DNA of 54,103 nt from NCBI GenBank assembly GCA_017609985.1, contig JAFCCW010000014.1, positions 1 to 54,103 on the forward strand, given 5' to 3'. This DNA is from Candidatus Iainarchaeum sp. (GTDB lineage Archaea; Iainarchaeota; Iainarchaeia; Iainarchaeales; JAFCCW01). The position numbers and the translations under genes are program-made. Shown here one piece after another: positions 1 to 8,655 of the stretch. The notes under the pieces were generated by a model. The model was not told where the DNA came from and did no database searches. It was given only the letters and a program-made list of their open reading frames with translations. How positions within the stretch are numbered: position 1 is the stretch's first letter; every line of letters begins with the position of its first letter.

Positions 1-21
1 TGTTTGAAATTCTGAATTTAG

Positions 22-57
22 TGGACGCGGGCGGATTCGAACCGCCGATTCCCGCAA
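22..57 (-). pseudogene. Orphan tRNA 3' half (3' anticodon stem, variable loop, T-arm, acceptor strand CGCGTCC-A; Ala-like U70)
   Basis: Minus strand reads T-TGCGG-GAATC-GGCGG-TTCGAAT-CCGCC-CGCGTCC-A; no adjacent 5' half. Confidence 0.75.
29..55. repeat. 27-bp direct repeat, second copy at 1171..1197 inside tRNA-Val(CAC)
   Basis: gggcggattcgaaccgccgattcccgc is identical at both positions. Confidence 0.95.
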
Positions 58-1098
58 TTAATTTGTTTTGAATGGCAGTGATAGTTTGGAGTATTTTTGA
101 TAATACTTAAGGACATCTTTTTTATTTAATAAGTTGCCTTTTAAATATTCCTTATATCTGATAATATGTCTTAAGTTTGAGCTTCCAACACAATCAAAAT
201 ATTTTTTAATCTTTTCAAAACTTCGGGTGCCAGTTTCAGTTTTGCTACTCTTAATTGTAAAAATATCATTCAAAAAAGAATTTTCTTTTAATTGATTTAA
301 CAAAGAAGGATTATGTGAACTAAATCTTATTGATAGGATTCCCCCATCTTTTGAAACACTCCCATCTGTGTCAATAAGTCCTCTCAAACAAGGGAAAAAA
401 TTTTCTTTGGACTCTTTAATTATTGGTGGCATTTTTGTTTTATTTTTAATTTTATTTCCAATTTTAAACTCAAGTTCTTTCTGAAAATAGCCACAGATAT
501 TTTTTGATCTTATTTCTAAATATAACTGGTTTGCAAATGGTTCTATTCTAATATCTGGACTAATATTAAACTTTTTTTGAACTAAACCAGTAAGATATTG
601 AAAATAAGGCAAATCAAATCTTTTGTCTCCGCTTATTCTAATGAAATATCGTGTTAGTGTGCCATCTCCTAAAATTGTTCCAAAAAGTTCTGCTATTTCC
701 CCATCAACTGTTTCTGGAATTGAAACTTTTTTTATGTTTCCTCCCGCAATGTTTGATTTTTTGAAACCCTGAGTTCGCCAATTATTTATAGTTTTAATAT
801 CATATTTCTTGAGCATGCATTTAATTCCTTTTTTTCCTGCAGAACTTTGCCACCAATTTGCAGGAATAATTTTATAATTGTATTTGGAGGTATCTATGTT
901 GCTGTATTCACAAAGAAGTTGAAAAACAGTCATTGGCAAAGTTTTTCTTTCTTGAAAATAATCTTTGAAAGAGGAATAATTCAAATTTATTGTCTGCCCA
1001 TAAGTTTCACAAAATTTTTTTAAACTAAGGTTGTTGGTAGCAGTAGAGATGAAAATTTTTTGTTCTCCTTTCTCAAATTTAACTCTCTTAATAACCAC
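58..1098 (-). CDS. Free-standing LAGLIDADG (DOD-type) homing endonuclease-like protein
   Basis: Two motifs, IAELFGTILGDGTL and CLRGLIDTDGSV; AT-rich. Start uncertain: GTG 1098 lies ~25 nt after a TTATAAA box, GTG 1131 is an alternative. Confidence 0.8.
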   Translation of the reverse strand: MVIKRVKFEKGEQKIFISTATNNLSLKKFCETYGQTINLNYSSFKDYFQERKTLPMTVFQLLCEYSNIDTSKYNYKIIPANWWQSSAGKKGIKCMLKKYDIKTINNWRTQGFKKSNIAGGNIKKVSIPETVDGEIAELFGTILGDGTLTRYFIRISGDKRFDLPYFQYLTGLVQKKFNISPDIRIEPFANQLYLEIRSKNICGYFQKELEFKIGNKIKNKTKMPPIIKESKENFFPCLRGLIDTDGSVSKDGGILSIRFSSHNPSLLNQLKENSFLNDIFTIKSSKTETGTRSFEKIKKYFDCVGSSNLRHIIRYKEYLKGNLLNKKDVLKYYQKYSKLSLPFKTN

Positions 1099-1163
1099 GA
1101 GATTATTTTGTTTTATGAAGTTTATAATCACTTTGAGACAGCAGACTTCCGTTGAATTATGGT

Positions 1164-1236
1164 TGGGAGAGGGCGGATTCGAACCGCCGATTCCCGCCAT
1201 GTGAAGGCGATGTCATAGCCACTAGACCACTCTCCC
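1164..1236 (-). tRNA. tRNA-Val(CAC)
   Basis: Acceptor GGGAGAG/CTCTCCC-A; anticodon arm TCGCC-TTCACAT-GGCGG; T-loop TTCGAAT. Confidence 0.95.
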
Positions 1237-1314
1237 GGAATGAGCATCCGCTAAAAGATTATTTAGTGCGTGCCTTCTTTAAAGCTTTATTTTTAGAAAA
1301 AGAAATTTCTTAAA

Positions 1315-1938
1315 TCAGTTTTTGCTGTTCTTTTTATTGAAAACAGCTCTCTTGCTTGGCCTGAGTTTTTCAGCACCTTTTCCCTTGTTTCTTAATCCTC
1401 TTCCTTTCTTTCCAGCCGAGGTTCTTCCTCTCTCTGCCCTTCCCTTGTGCTTTTCTGTTGAAAGCCATTTAGTTTTTTTGTCGTTTTTGACTGAAGGATG
1501 TGCTGTGTCAATCAGAATTACTTCATAGTACTTGCTTTTTCCATCTTGTCCTACAAGATAGCTGTTTAACACTTCACAATTTGGATACTTTTTTGAGGCT
1601 TTTTGTTCTGCCATGCTTTTAATTGAAATATTTCTTGTAAGCTTTTTTATTCCCATTCTTCTTGGTTTTCTTCCCTTTTTTGGTCTTGTGTGCATTCCAC
1701 TTCCTTTTCTGACGCGAACTCTTACAACAACATATCCCTGTTTTGCTTTGTAGCCAAGCTCTTTTGCTCTTGGAATATTCAATGGTTTTTCAACTCTTGC
1801 CACTGCCAGTGGCTCGCGCCTGAACTCTATCAGTCTTTGCCTGTAAAGGCTTTTGTAGTCGTAGTCTTCTGTTTTTTCGCCAGAAATCTCTTTTTGGAAT
1901 GTTTTCTTTATCGCATTTCCCGCATTCATTTCAATCAT
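1315..1938 (-). CDS. rpl15e: 50S ribosomal protein L15e
   Basis: RAKELGYKAKQGYVVVRVRVRKG, EVLNSYLVGQDGKSKYYEVILID, RGRTSAGKKGRGL. Confidence 0.95.
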   Translation of the reverse strand: MIEMNAGNAIKKTFQKEISGEKTEDYDYKSLYRQRLIEFRREPLAVARVEKPLNIPRAKELGYKAKQGYVVVRVRVRKGSGMHTRPKKGRKPRRMGIKKLTRNISIKSMAEQKASKKYPNCEVLNSYLVGQDGKSKYYEVILIDTAHPSVKNDKKTKWLSTEKHKGRAERGRTSAGKKGRGLRNKGKGAEKLRPSKRAVFNKKNSKN

Positions 1939-2064
1939 CTCAAAATCTCAAAAATTCAAAAAACAAGCGTTAAAAGCATCAAAATTCTTGTTTTAAATTT
2001 TTAAAAGCTCCATCTTTAAAGCTTTAATTATTACAAATTTAGTGAAAGAATGGTTTAAAAGGTT

Positions 2065-3009
2065 TTGGTTGTGCTCTCAAAAAAGTGTGAAAGATGCGAA
2101 AAGCCCGCGATTGTATTTCTTCCCTATGGTTCGCATAGTTTCTGCGCTGAACACTTTGTTTACTTTTTTGAAAAGCGGGTTAAGAAAAATATTAGGGTGA
2201 ATTCTCTTTTAAAACATGCTGAACACATTGCAGTAGCTTATTCTGGGGGAAAGGATTCAACAGCAACTCTTTTCATGCTTAATCAGATTTTTTCAAAGTC
2301 AAATAAGCTTTCAGCAATAATAATTGATGAGGGAATTCCTGGCTACAGAGACAAGGCAGTTAAAATAGCAGTAAAGAATTGCGAGTCCTGGAATATTCCC
2401 TTCAATCTTGTTTCGCTTGAAGAAGAACTAGGCTTTAGAATGATTGATGTAATGAAGAAACTTAAATCCTCTGATGAAACACTGGGGAGCAGTTGTTCTT
2501 ATTGCGGGGTACTGCGTCGTCAGCTCTTGAACAAAAAAGCTCTTGAGATAAAAGCAGACAAGCTTGCAACAGGCCACAATCTTGACGATGAATGCCAGAG
2601 CATTGCAATGAACTTTTTTGACAACAAACTTGATCAGTTTGTAAGGCTTGGCTCTGAAGTAAGGAATGATTCAATCAATTTTGTTCCAAGAATAAAACCA
2701 TTGTATAACACTCCAGAATCTGAAATAAAGCAGTATGTAAAAATTAAGAACATTCCTCACTTTTCCAAAAAAGCTTGTCCTCTTCGTCATGAAGCAAAGC
2801 GTTCTTTTTACAGAAAAATGATTGATAGTGCAGAAGAAGAGTTTCCCGGAACAAAGTATTCTATTCTCCGGTTCTTTCAGCAGTCAAAGCCATTGCTTGA
2901 AAAAGCATTCAAGCAAAAGAAATTAAGAGCTTGTGAAAAGTGTGGATTTCCTTCTTCTCAGAAAATATGCGGTTCTTGTCGTCAAATTTCCAAATTGCAA
3001 TCCCTTTAA
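2065..3009 (+). CDS. tRNA 2-thiolation PP-loop ATPase (TtuA/NcsA, TIGR00269-like)
   Basis: SGGKDS PP-loop, CSYCGVLRR, ATGHNLDDE, PRIKPL, N- and C-terminal zinc fingers. Confidence 0.88.
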   Translation: MVVLSKKCERCEKPAIVFLPYGSHSFCAEHFVYFFEKRVKKNIRVNSLLKHAEHIAVAYSGGKDSTATLFMLNQIFSKSNKLSAIIIDEGIPGYRDKAVKIAVKNCESWNIPFNLVSLEEELGFRMIDVMKKLKSSDETLGSSCSYCGVLRRQLLNKKALEIKADKLATGHNLDDECQSIAMNFFDNKLDQFVRLGSEVRNDSINFVPRIKPLYNTPESEIKQYVKIKNIPHFSKKACPLRHEAKRSFYRKMIDSAEEEFPGTKYSILRFFQQSKPLLEKAFKQKKLRACEKCGFPSSQKICGSCRQISKLQSL

Positions 3010-3037
3010 AAAATTTAACCTGAACAAATTTATTCAA

Positions 3038-3054
3038 GGGCCCGTGGTCTAGCG
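3038..3054 (+). pseudogene. Orphan tRNA 5' fragment upstream of tRNA-Val(GAC)
   Basis: GGGCCCGTGGTCTAGCG resembles GGGCCTGTGGTCTAATG at 3082 (13 of the first 14 nt identical). Confidence 0.55.
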
Positions 3055-3081
3055 TTGTTAGATCTCGGGAAAAATGTATTT

Positions 3082-3153
3082 GGGCCTGTGGTCTAATGGT
3101 TATGATGTATCGTTGACATCGATACGAAGAGAGTTCAATTCTCTCCAGGCCCA
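3082..3153 (+). tRNA. tRNA-Val(GAC)
   Basis: Acceptor GGGCCTG/CAGGCCC-A; anticodon arm TATCG-TTGACAT-CGATA; T-arm GAGAG-TTCAATT-CTCTC. Confidence 0.93.
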
Positions 3154-3182
3154 TTATATTCTCTTCTTCAAAAAAACAGTTT

Positions 3183-4718
3183 CTATTTTTTCTTTCCCTT
3201 TTTCTTCTTTAATTCAATCTTTTCAATCGCTATTCCCATTTCTTCTGCAAATGCTTTTTCAAATGCATCAAGTTCTTCAATCTTTTTGTCAATCTTTGCA
3301 ATCCTTGAATTAACCTGCCCATCCACTTGTTTTGCTTGCTCGTTTACTTTTGAGATTGCTTCGTTGTACTTGCTTACGTTTTGTTCAATTACTTTAATGA
3401 ACTGTTCCTTGAATGCGTCAAGTTCCTCTGTTGCTGTTGAAAGTTTTTCAATATCAATTCCTTTTTCTATCCTTGTTTTTACTGCTTCAAGTCCTGCTTC
3501 TGATTTCTTTATTTCTTTGTCGGTTTTTTTCCTGTAAAGAGTGAATAGTTCTGCTGCGTCTTTTTTTGTTTCTTCCATTTTTTTGCTGATGCTTTGTTCA
3601 ATATACTCTGAAATTCCTGTTTTCATTTCCTCTATTTTGTGAGCATATCTGTTGTCAAGACTTTTTTCAAGCTGTTCCAGTCTTGAAACCAGTTTCCTGA
3701 TTTTTTCTGGTTCTACTTGGTCTTCTATTCCCTTCAATTCAGCTATTGCTGCTCCGACTTTTACTGAAAGCTCTTCGCTTTTTTCAAGAGAAATTTCATC
3801 TATCTTGTCCTGTGCATCTTTTATCAGGCCCTCTGCTATCTTGCTTTCCAGTTCCAGGGTTCTTGAAACACGTGAGTCAATCTCTCCCATTTTCTTTTCT
3901 GCATTGTCTAAAAATTCCTGTGCCTGACTCTTGCTCTTTATTAGCTCGCTGTTCATGTCAGTTACAAGCTCTTGCTTGACAGTGCGAAGCTCTTCAAGTT
4001 TTGATTCAAATTCTGCAACAACTTTTTTTTGCTCTTCTCTTTTTAGTTCCATTTCTGCAATGTTTTCTTTAATTTCTTTGTTTAACTCTTTTAACTCGCT
4101 TACCTTGCTGTCAACTACACTCTCTATTTCTTTTGCCTTGTCTTCTAGCTCGGTTTCAACCTTGCTTGTCAGAAGAGTTTTTTGTGACTCAAACAAAATC
4201 CTTACTTTGTCGGTCTCCAGCGTTATTGCTTCAGAAATTTTTTCTTCAAGCTGGTTGTCAACTTCTTTCTTTATTTTTTTCATTTCTTCAAGTTTCTGGT
4301 CAACAGTTGTAAGAATTCCTTTTTCCCACAGTTTTGAAAGATTTGCGTGAACATGCACGTCCTCTTTTGATTGTGCTGATGAAATAAGGGGTGTGAGTGA
4401 AGGAATTTTTTTTTCCTCTTTGTTTGCTTCAATCAAATCTGTTTTGCTCTGGTCTTTGTTTATCTCAGTTAATTGGTCTTTGGGAACAGCAGTTGTTGCA
4501 AGTGTCTCAGCCACGTCCCTCATAACCTTTCCGCTGTCTGCTTTTTGTTTTATTTCTTTTTCTGCAATAGGCTTCTTTTTTGCCTCTGCAAGAAGTTGTT
4601 TTGCTTCCTCTGATTCAATTCCCACGTCTCGCAGGTTTAGGATTATTTCTCTGTCGGAAACATTGAGGGCAATCAGTTTCTTGATTGACTCCAGTATTAT
4701 TTCTTTTTTTCTGGACAT
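3183..4718 (-). CDS. Long coiled-coil protein with small N-terminal helical domain
   Basis: ~510-aa E/K-rich heptad sequence with basic tail; no ATPase motifs. Confidence 0.8.
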   Translation of the reverse strand: MSRKKEIILESIKKLIALNVSDREIILNLRDVGIESEEAKQLLAEAKKKPIAEKEIKQKADSGKVMRDVAETLATTAVPKDQLTEINKDQSKTDLIEANKEEKKIPSLTPLISSAQSKEDVHVHANLSKLWEKGILTTVDQKLEEMKKIKKEVDNQLEEKISEAITLETDKVRILFESQKTLLTSKVETELEDKAKEIESVVDSKVSELKELNKEIKENIAEMELKREEQKKVVAEFESKLEELRTVKQELVTDMNSELIKSKSQAQEFLDNAEKKMGEIDSRVSRTLELESKIAEGLIKDAQDKIDEISLEKSEELSVKVGAAIAELKGIEDQVEPEKIRKLVSRLEQLEKSLDNRYAHKIEEMKTGISEYIEQSISKKMEETKKDAAELFTLYRKKTDKEIKKSEAGLEAVKTRIEKGIDIEKLSTATEELDAFKEQFIKVIEQNVSKYNEAISKVNEQAKQVDGQVNSRIAKIDKKIEELDAFEKAFAEEMGIAIEKIELKKKKGKKK

Positions 4719-4764
4719 CAAGAATAAAGTAGTTCTTTTAGTATAAAAAATTAGTGTTTGCGTT

Positions 4765-5367
4765 TTACTTCAAACTTTTCAGGAATGGCACAACACGGTC
4801 TTGTGCATTGCAGTTGAAAGCTCGTCTTTTCAAATAGCCAACGTCTAGCGGAGTGTTTTTGCAGATTGAAAGAATGTCGTCAATATCGTGCTTTCCGTCT
4901 TCTTGTCCGCGTTGGGTAATTGACTTCAGTATCACGATGTCTTCCGGGCTCAAAACCTTTATCTTGGTTGAATCAATTTCTCTGTCCTTTACTCTCTTGA
5001 ATAACTGGAATGAAGGATGGAATGAATATGTTCTGCCGTTGATATCAAAGATTGCGTTTGAAATAAATTCTACGGTTACGCCTTCAATCTTAAAATAGAT
5101 GTTCCAGACACTGCCATATTTTTTTTCTTCCTTTGCAGGCCCTCTTTTTAGTTGCTCTTTGAAGGCTTCAACAATTCGGTCAGAATCTCTTTTAACAAAA
5201 AAGATGTCAATATCGTGTACTTCTCGGTCACTGCCATAAGCCTTTGCTGCTAGCCCGCCTGTAACCCCATAGTCTACTCCAATCTCTTTCAACTTTGAGG
5301 AAATAGTCTCAAGTGCTTTCTGCATGTTTCCCTGTTCTTCTTTGGTTTCAGCGACTTCTTCACTCAT
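4765..5367 (-). CDS. Nucleotidyltransferase-fold protein
   Basis: GGLAAKAYGSDREVHDIDI, SPEDIVILK, KHDIDDI. Confidence 0.75.
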   Translation of the reverse strand: MSEEVAETKEEQGNMQKALETISSKLKEIGVDYGVTGGLAAKAYGSDREVHDIDIFFVKRDSDRIVEAFKEQLKRGPAKEEKKYGSVWNIYFKIEGVTVEFISNAIFDINGRTYSFHPSFQLFKRVKDREIDSTKIKVLSPEDIVILKSITQRGQEDGKHDIDDILSICKNTPLDVGYLKRRAFNCNAQDRVVPFLKSLK

Positions 5368-5453
5368 ATTAATGATTCCCGAGAAAAAGGTTATAAAGCT
5401 AATAGATTTGCTTGTTTTTTTCTATCTGCTTTTTTTCGCTAGTTAAAACTGTT

Positions 5454-5525
5454 TGGACTCGGGGGGAATCGAACCCCCAGTCTCATCCATGCCAAGGATG
5501 TGTGTTACCACTCCACCACGAGCCC
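5454..5525 (-). tRNA. tRNA-Ala(GGC)
   Basis: Acceptor GGGCTCG/CGAGTCC-A with G3:U70; anticodon arm CATCC-TTGGCAT-GGATG. Confidence 0.95.
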
Positions 5526-5572
5526 ATTAACTATCTTTTTCTAAAGAATGCTTTTAAAAGTAGGGTTCTGAA

Positions 5573-5791
5573 TTAAAGTGAAATATACAGCACATTGTCG
5601 CCACGAATCATGAGTTTTCCATATTTTTTCTTCATTGTACCGTTTTCCAGCTCTTCTGCATTTTCAAGGGCAAGATTCATGTGAACATCAAATGCTTTCA
5701 ATGTTCCCCTTATGTTTACGTTGTCTTTTAGTACAACAAGTACTTCCTGGCCTATTGCGCTGTTCAAAAAATCAAATGGTCTGCTTGTCAT
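5573..5791 (-). CDS. Sm-like (Lsm/SmAP) RNA-binding protein
   Basis: RPFDFL, GTLKAFDVHMNLAL (Sm1), IRGDNVLYIS (Sm2). Confidence 0.95.
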   Translation of the reverse strand: MTSRPFDFLNSAIGQEVLVVLKDNVNIRGTLKAFDVHMNLALENAEELENGTMKKKYGKLMIRGDNVLYISL

Positions 5792-5792
5792 T

Positions 5793-6608
5793 CTATTCCT
5801 CCTTTTTTCTACTGAAAATTGATGTAATTCTCTGAAAGATTCCTTTCACTGCTGATTTTTTTTTGACAGTTAAAGGAACCTTTTTTCCCGTAATCTTCAT
5901 TGCAACTCTTTTGAATTCTACTACTGAGATTGCGTTTGGTGTTCTAAGAATTGTTGGCTGAACTTTTTCCTGCATAAAAGAGCGTCTTACTTCTGGGTCG
6001 TATGGGACTTTTCCATAAACCGGGAGTTCAAGCATTTTCATTATGTCTTCTGAATCAATTTCTCCTTTTTCTCCTCTGACACAATTTATTATTGTTCCGA
6101 TTGGATTGCTGTTTAGTCTCTCAGACACAATCTTTGTCTTGAGCACGTCTGCAACACTTGGTGAATCAGGAGTTGTTATTAAGATTGTTTCATCTGATGC
6201 AGTAAATGCTGCTTTAACATTTTTTTCAATTCCTGCTGCTGCATCAATCAGTACATAGTCATAGTTTGGGGCAATTTCTTTTACAATGGATTCAAGTCTT
6301 TCGCTGTCAACTCTTTTGTAGGACTCAAGTGAGAGGCCGCTCGGAATAAAGTTTATTCCCTCTGGTCCGTCGTATATTGCGTCCTGAGCATTTGCTTCTC
6401 CCAACAACACGTCATGAAGTGTTATTGGAGAGCTTTGCATTCCAAGAAGAAGGGAGAGGTTTGCCATTGCGACATCTCCGTCTATAAGTAGAATTTTCTG
6501 CCCCTGTTGGGCGAGAGCAATCCCTAAGTTTGCAGTGATTGTGGTTTTTCCAACCCCGCCTTTTCCCGATGCAAGTGTAATAATTCTTGTCATCTTTTTT
6601 TCCACCAT
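5793..6608 (-). CDS. minD: Archaeal MinD-family ATPase
   Basis: Deviant Walker A SGKGGVGKTT, IDGDVAMANL, YDYVLIDAAAG, C-terminal amphipathic helix GIFQRITSIFS. Confidence 0.9.
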   Translation of the reverse strand: MVEKKMTRIITLASGKGGVGKTTITANLGIALAQQGQKILLIDGDVAMANLSLLLGMQSSPITLHDVLLGEANAQDAIYDGPEGINFIPSGLSLESYKRVDSERLESIVKEIAPNYDYVLIDAAAGIEKNVKAAFTASDETILITTPDSPSVADVLKTKIVSERLNSNPIGTIINCVRGEKGEIDSEDIMKMLELPVYGKVPYDPEVRRSFMQEKVQPTILRTPNAISVVEFKRVAMKITGKKVPLTVKKKSAVKGIFQRITSIFSRKKEE

Positions 6609-6652
6609 CTAAGTATAAAGTGTAAGTATGTTTCGTTTAAAAGAGTATTGCA

Positions 6653-7117
6653 TTAGTCTGCCTTTTTTAAGTGCTGCTCTATCTCCTTTGCAAGAGCTCG
6701 TAATTCAAGATGTTCAAGATTTGAAGTTGCTTTTACAATGTAAATCTTTTTTTCGTGCGGGATAATCATCATCCAGCCGTCTTTTCCTTTTACCAGAATA
6801 CTTTTTGATTCTGGTAATTCACTTTTCACATAGTTCAACATTGCAGCTCCAGTTATTGCTTCGTGAAATCCATTTCCTTCACTTGACACAATCATTGAAC
6901 CATCTTCTCTAGTAATCGTAACTGATTCAATTAAGTGTTTTCTTTTCATGAATGTAAGCAAGTCTCCCAGATCCTGGCTTTCTTTGAATGAAATCTTGTG
7001 CTTTGTCATTAAGTCATTCAAGGTATTTATTTGGTCTACTGGAACAGCAGTATCATCAAATGCCAGAAGCTTTGAAGCAATACTTTTTGCTGCTTGAGAA
7101 ATTTGCGAAAAAACCAT
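6653..7117 (-). CDS. Roadblock/LC7 (MglB/profilin-like) fold protein
   Basis: ESVTITREDGSMIVSS, AITGAAMLNYVKSEL, then beta strands and a final helix; pattern only. Confidence 0.5.
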   Translation of the reverse strand: MVFSQISQAAKSIASKLLAFDDTAVPVDQINTLNDLMTKHKISFKESQDLGDLLTFMKRKHLIESVTITREDGSMIVSSEGNGFHEAITGAAMLNYVKSELPESKSILVKGKDGWMMIIPHEKKIYIVKATSNLEHLELRALAKEIEQHLKKAD

Positions 7118-7153
7118 ACAATCAATCCAACACTATTTGTGCATCAAAAGCTT

Positions 7154-7651
7154 TTAATAGCTTTTATCAAAACCAGTTAGCCCTGCTCGCTTAAAAACAC
7201 TGTGCATTGACTCTTGTTTTTCAAGAGTTTTTCCAAGAGTCTGCTTTGCATAAGCTTCTGTATACTTTTTTGGTATCAGTCTTCGCAGGTCTTTTTCGCT
7301 TATTTCTCTTTCAAGAATTGCTTTTTCATTAAAAGTTGTTATAAGCTCAAGCTGTTGCTTGCTTAACTCGCAGACATCTCCCACAGCATATTTTGCAGAG
7401 AGTGCATTGAAGAATTGTTTTGCTGCTGAGTCTCCAAAAACACTTGTTCCAAATTTGGAGTATTCAAAGCTTGCTCCCACAAGCTGGCCATTGCTCAAGA
7501 ATAGCACTCCCTCTTCTATTCCGCTGTATCCCTCAATGGTTAACACAACATATCCTGTAAAACTGGTTTTCATTAACTCTGCTATTGTTTCAACAAAGTC
7601 TTCTTTTCCTTTGTCAATTTTTCTTGTTGTTTTTCCAGCAGGTAGGTTCAT
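7154..7651 (-). CDS. DUF2226-like protein
   Basis: FTGYVVLTIEGYSGIEEGVLFLSNGQLVGA, LELITTFNEKA; next to minD. Confidence 0.7.
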   Translation of the reverse strand: MNLPAGKTTRKIDKGKEDFVETIAELMKTSFTGYVVLTIEGYSGIEEGVLFLSNGQLVGASFEYSKFGTSVFGDSAAKQFFNALSAKYAVGDVCELSKQQLELITTFNEKAILEREISEKDLRRLIPKKYTEAYAKQTLGKTLEKQESMHSVFKRAGLTGFDKSY

Positions 7652-7656
7652 TCAAA

Positions 7657-8127
7657 TCACTTCTTCAGGTATACTACTGCGTCAGCAGTGTTCTTGAGTG
7701 CAGCTGCAGCAGCTTCTTCTATTAGCACCGCAATTGCTTCTTTTCCATGATGTTTTGCTTTCACTAACGCAGGCAAAAAATCTGAGTCTCTTGTCACAAA
7801 AGCAATTCCTTGCACTGATGGATTGAACACAGCTTCTGTTGCTTCAACAGCCATTGCCACATCCACATCACCGACAGTAATTACTGCTTCGAATCCTTCG
7901 TTGACTACTGCTTCCACTAGCTTGTTGGATGCAAACTGGTTAAGGAAAACTTTTGCAATCTTTATTTCTCCAAAGTCTGTTAGCGCATCCTTTATCTCGC
8001 TGAGGTCAATGTCAAATTCTTTTCTGAGAATATTCGGACCGTCAACAAAAACAGCAAGCTTGTTTTTTTTTCCAGCAGGCTTTTTGCTTACTGCTTTTTG
8101 CAGTTTTGTTTTCACATCTTCAAACAT
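7657..8127 (-). CDS. NYN-domain protein (TIGR00288-like)
   Basis: VFVDGPNILRKEF, DVDVAMAVEA, TRDSDFLP. Confidence 0.88.
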   Translation of the reverse strand: MFEDVKTKLQKAVSKKPAGKKNKLAVFVDGPNILRKEFDIDLSEIKDALTDFGEIKIAKVFLNQFASNKLVEAVVNEGFEAVITVGDVDVAMAVEATEAVFNPSVQGIAFVTRDSDFLPALVKAKHHGKEAIAVLIEEAAAAALKNTADAVVYLKK

Positions 8128-8207
8128 AGATATACCCTGTTCACTATAATCTTTGCAAAAGCTATTTAAAAAGTATTCCTCTCTAATCTTTTTAGAGGTT
8201 TTTGTTT

Positions 8208-8615
8208 ATGGCTGATATGGAGAAAAAATTTACCAAAATTGGAGCCCTAAAAAAGGGCGGATTTGTCTTAATTGATGAGGAACCCTGTCAAATCAGGGGA
8301 ATTGAAAAATCAAAGCCTGGAAAGCATGGTTCTACTAAAGCAAGGATTTCTGCATTCAATATTTTTACTGAACAGAAAAAAGGTCTTTTGAAGCCAACAT
8401 CTGCTGAAGCAGAGGTTCCAATCATTGAAAAGGGTTCAGCGCAGGTTGTTGCAATACTTGGGGATGTTGTTCAAATCATGGATTTGGAAAGCTATGAAAT
8501 GCTTGACACAAAAAAACCAAAAGATGTTGCTGGAATTGAGGGCGGAAAAGGAATTGAAGTTGAATACATTCGCTATGGAAAGGATGTAAAAATAATGAGA
8601 AAAAAGGGAAGCTAG
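8208..8615 (+). CDS. eif5a: Translation factor aIF5A
   Basis: Hypusine-site motif SKPGKHGSTKAR; QIMDLESYE. Confidence 0.93.
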   Translation: MADMEKKFTKIGALKKGGFVLIDEEPCQIRGIEKSKPGKHGSTKARISAFNIFTEQKKGLLKPTSAEAEVPIIEKGSAQVVAILGDVVQIMDLESYEMLDTKKPKDVAGIEGGKGIEVEYIRYGKDVKIMRKKGS

Positions 8616-8655
8616 CGTTTTCCTATTTTAATCTTTTTCTAATACTATTTTTTCT

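Noticed and set aside
58-1163. Endonuclease as a canonical intron inside tRNA-Val(CAC)
   Set aside because: The tRNA-Val is already complete, the distal 3' half has a non-matching acceptor strand, and I could not identify a bulge-helix-bulge.
1099-1200. N-terminal extension of the LAGLIDADG ORF to ATG 1200
   Set aside because: It runs through the tRNA-Val gene; MAGIGGSNPP is simply the translated T-arm.
3183-4718. SMC/Rad50 call for the coiled-coil protein
   Set aside because: No Walker A/B, signature motif or hinge/zinc hook.
3286-4746. Long antisense ORFs rich in Ser/Phe/Leu (also 34518..35801, 26719..27600 and others)
   Set aside because: Shadow frames of E/K-rich genes on the opposite strand, with no independent coding signal.
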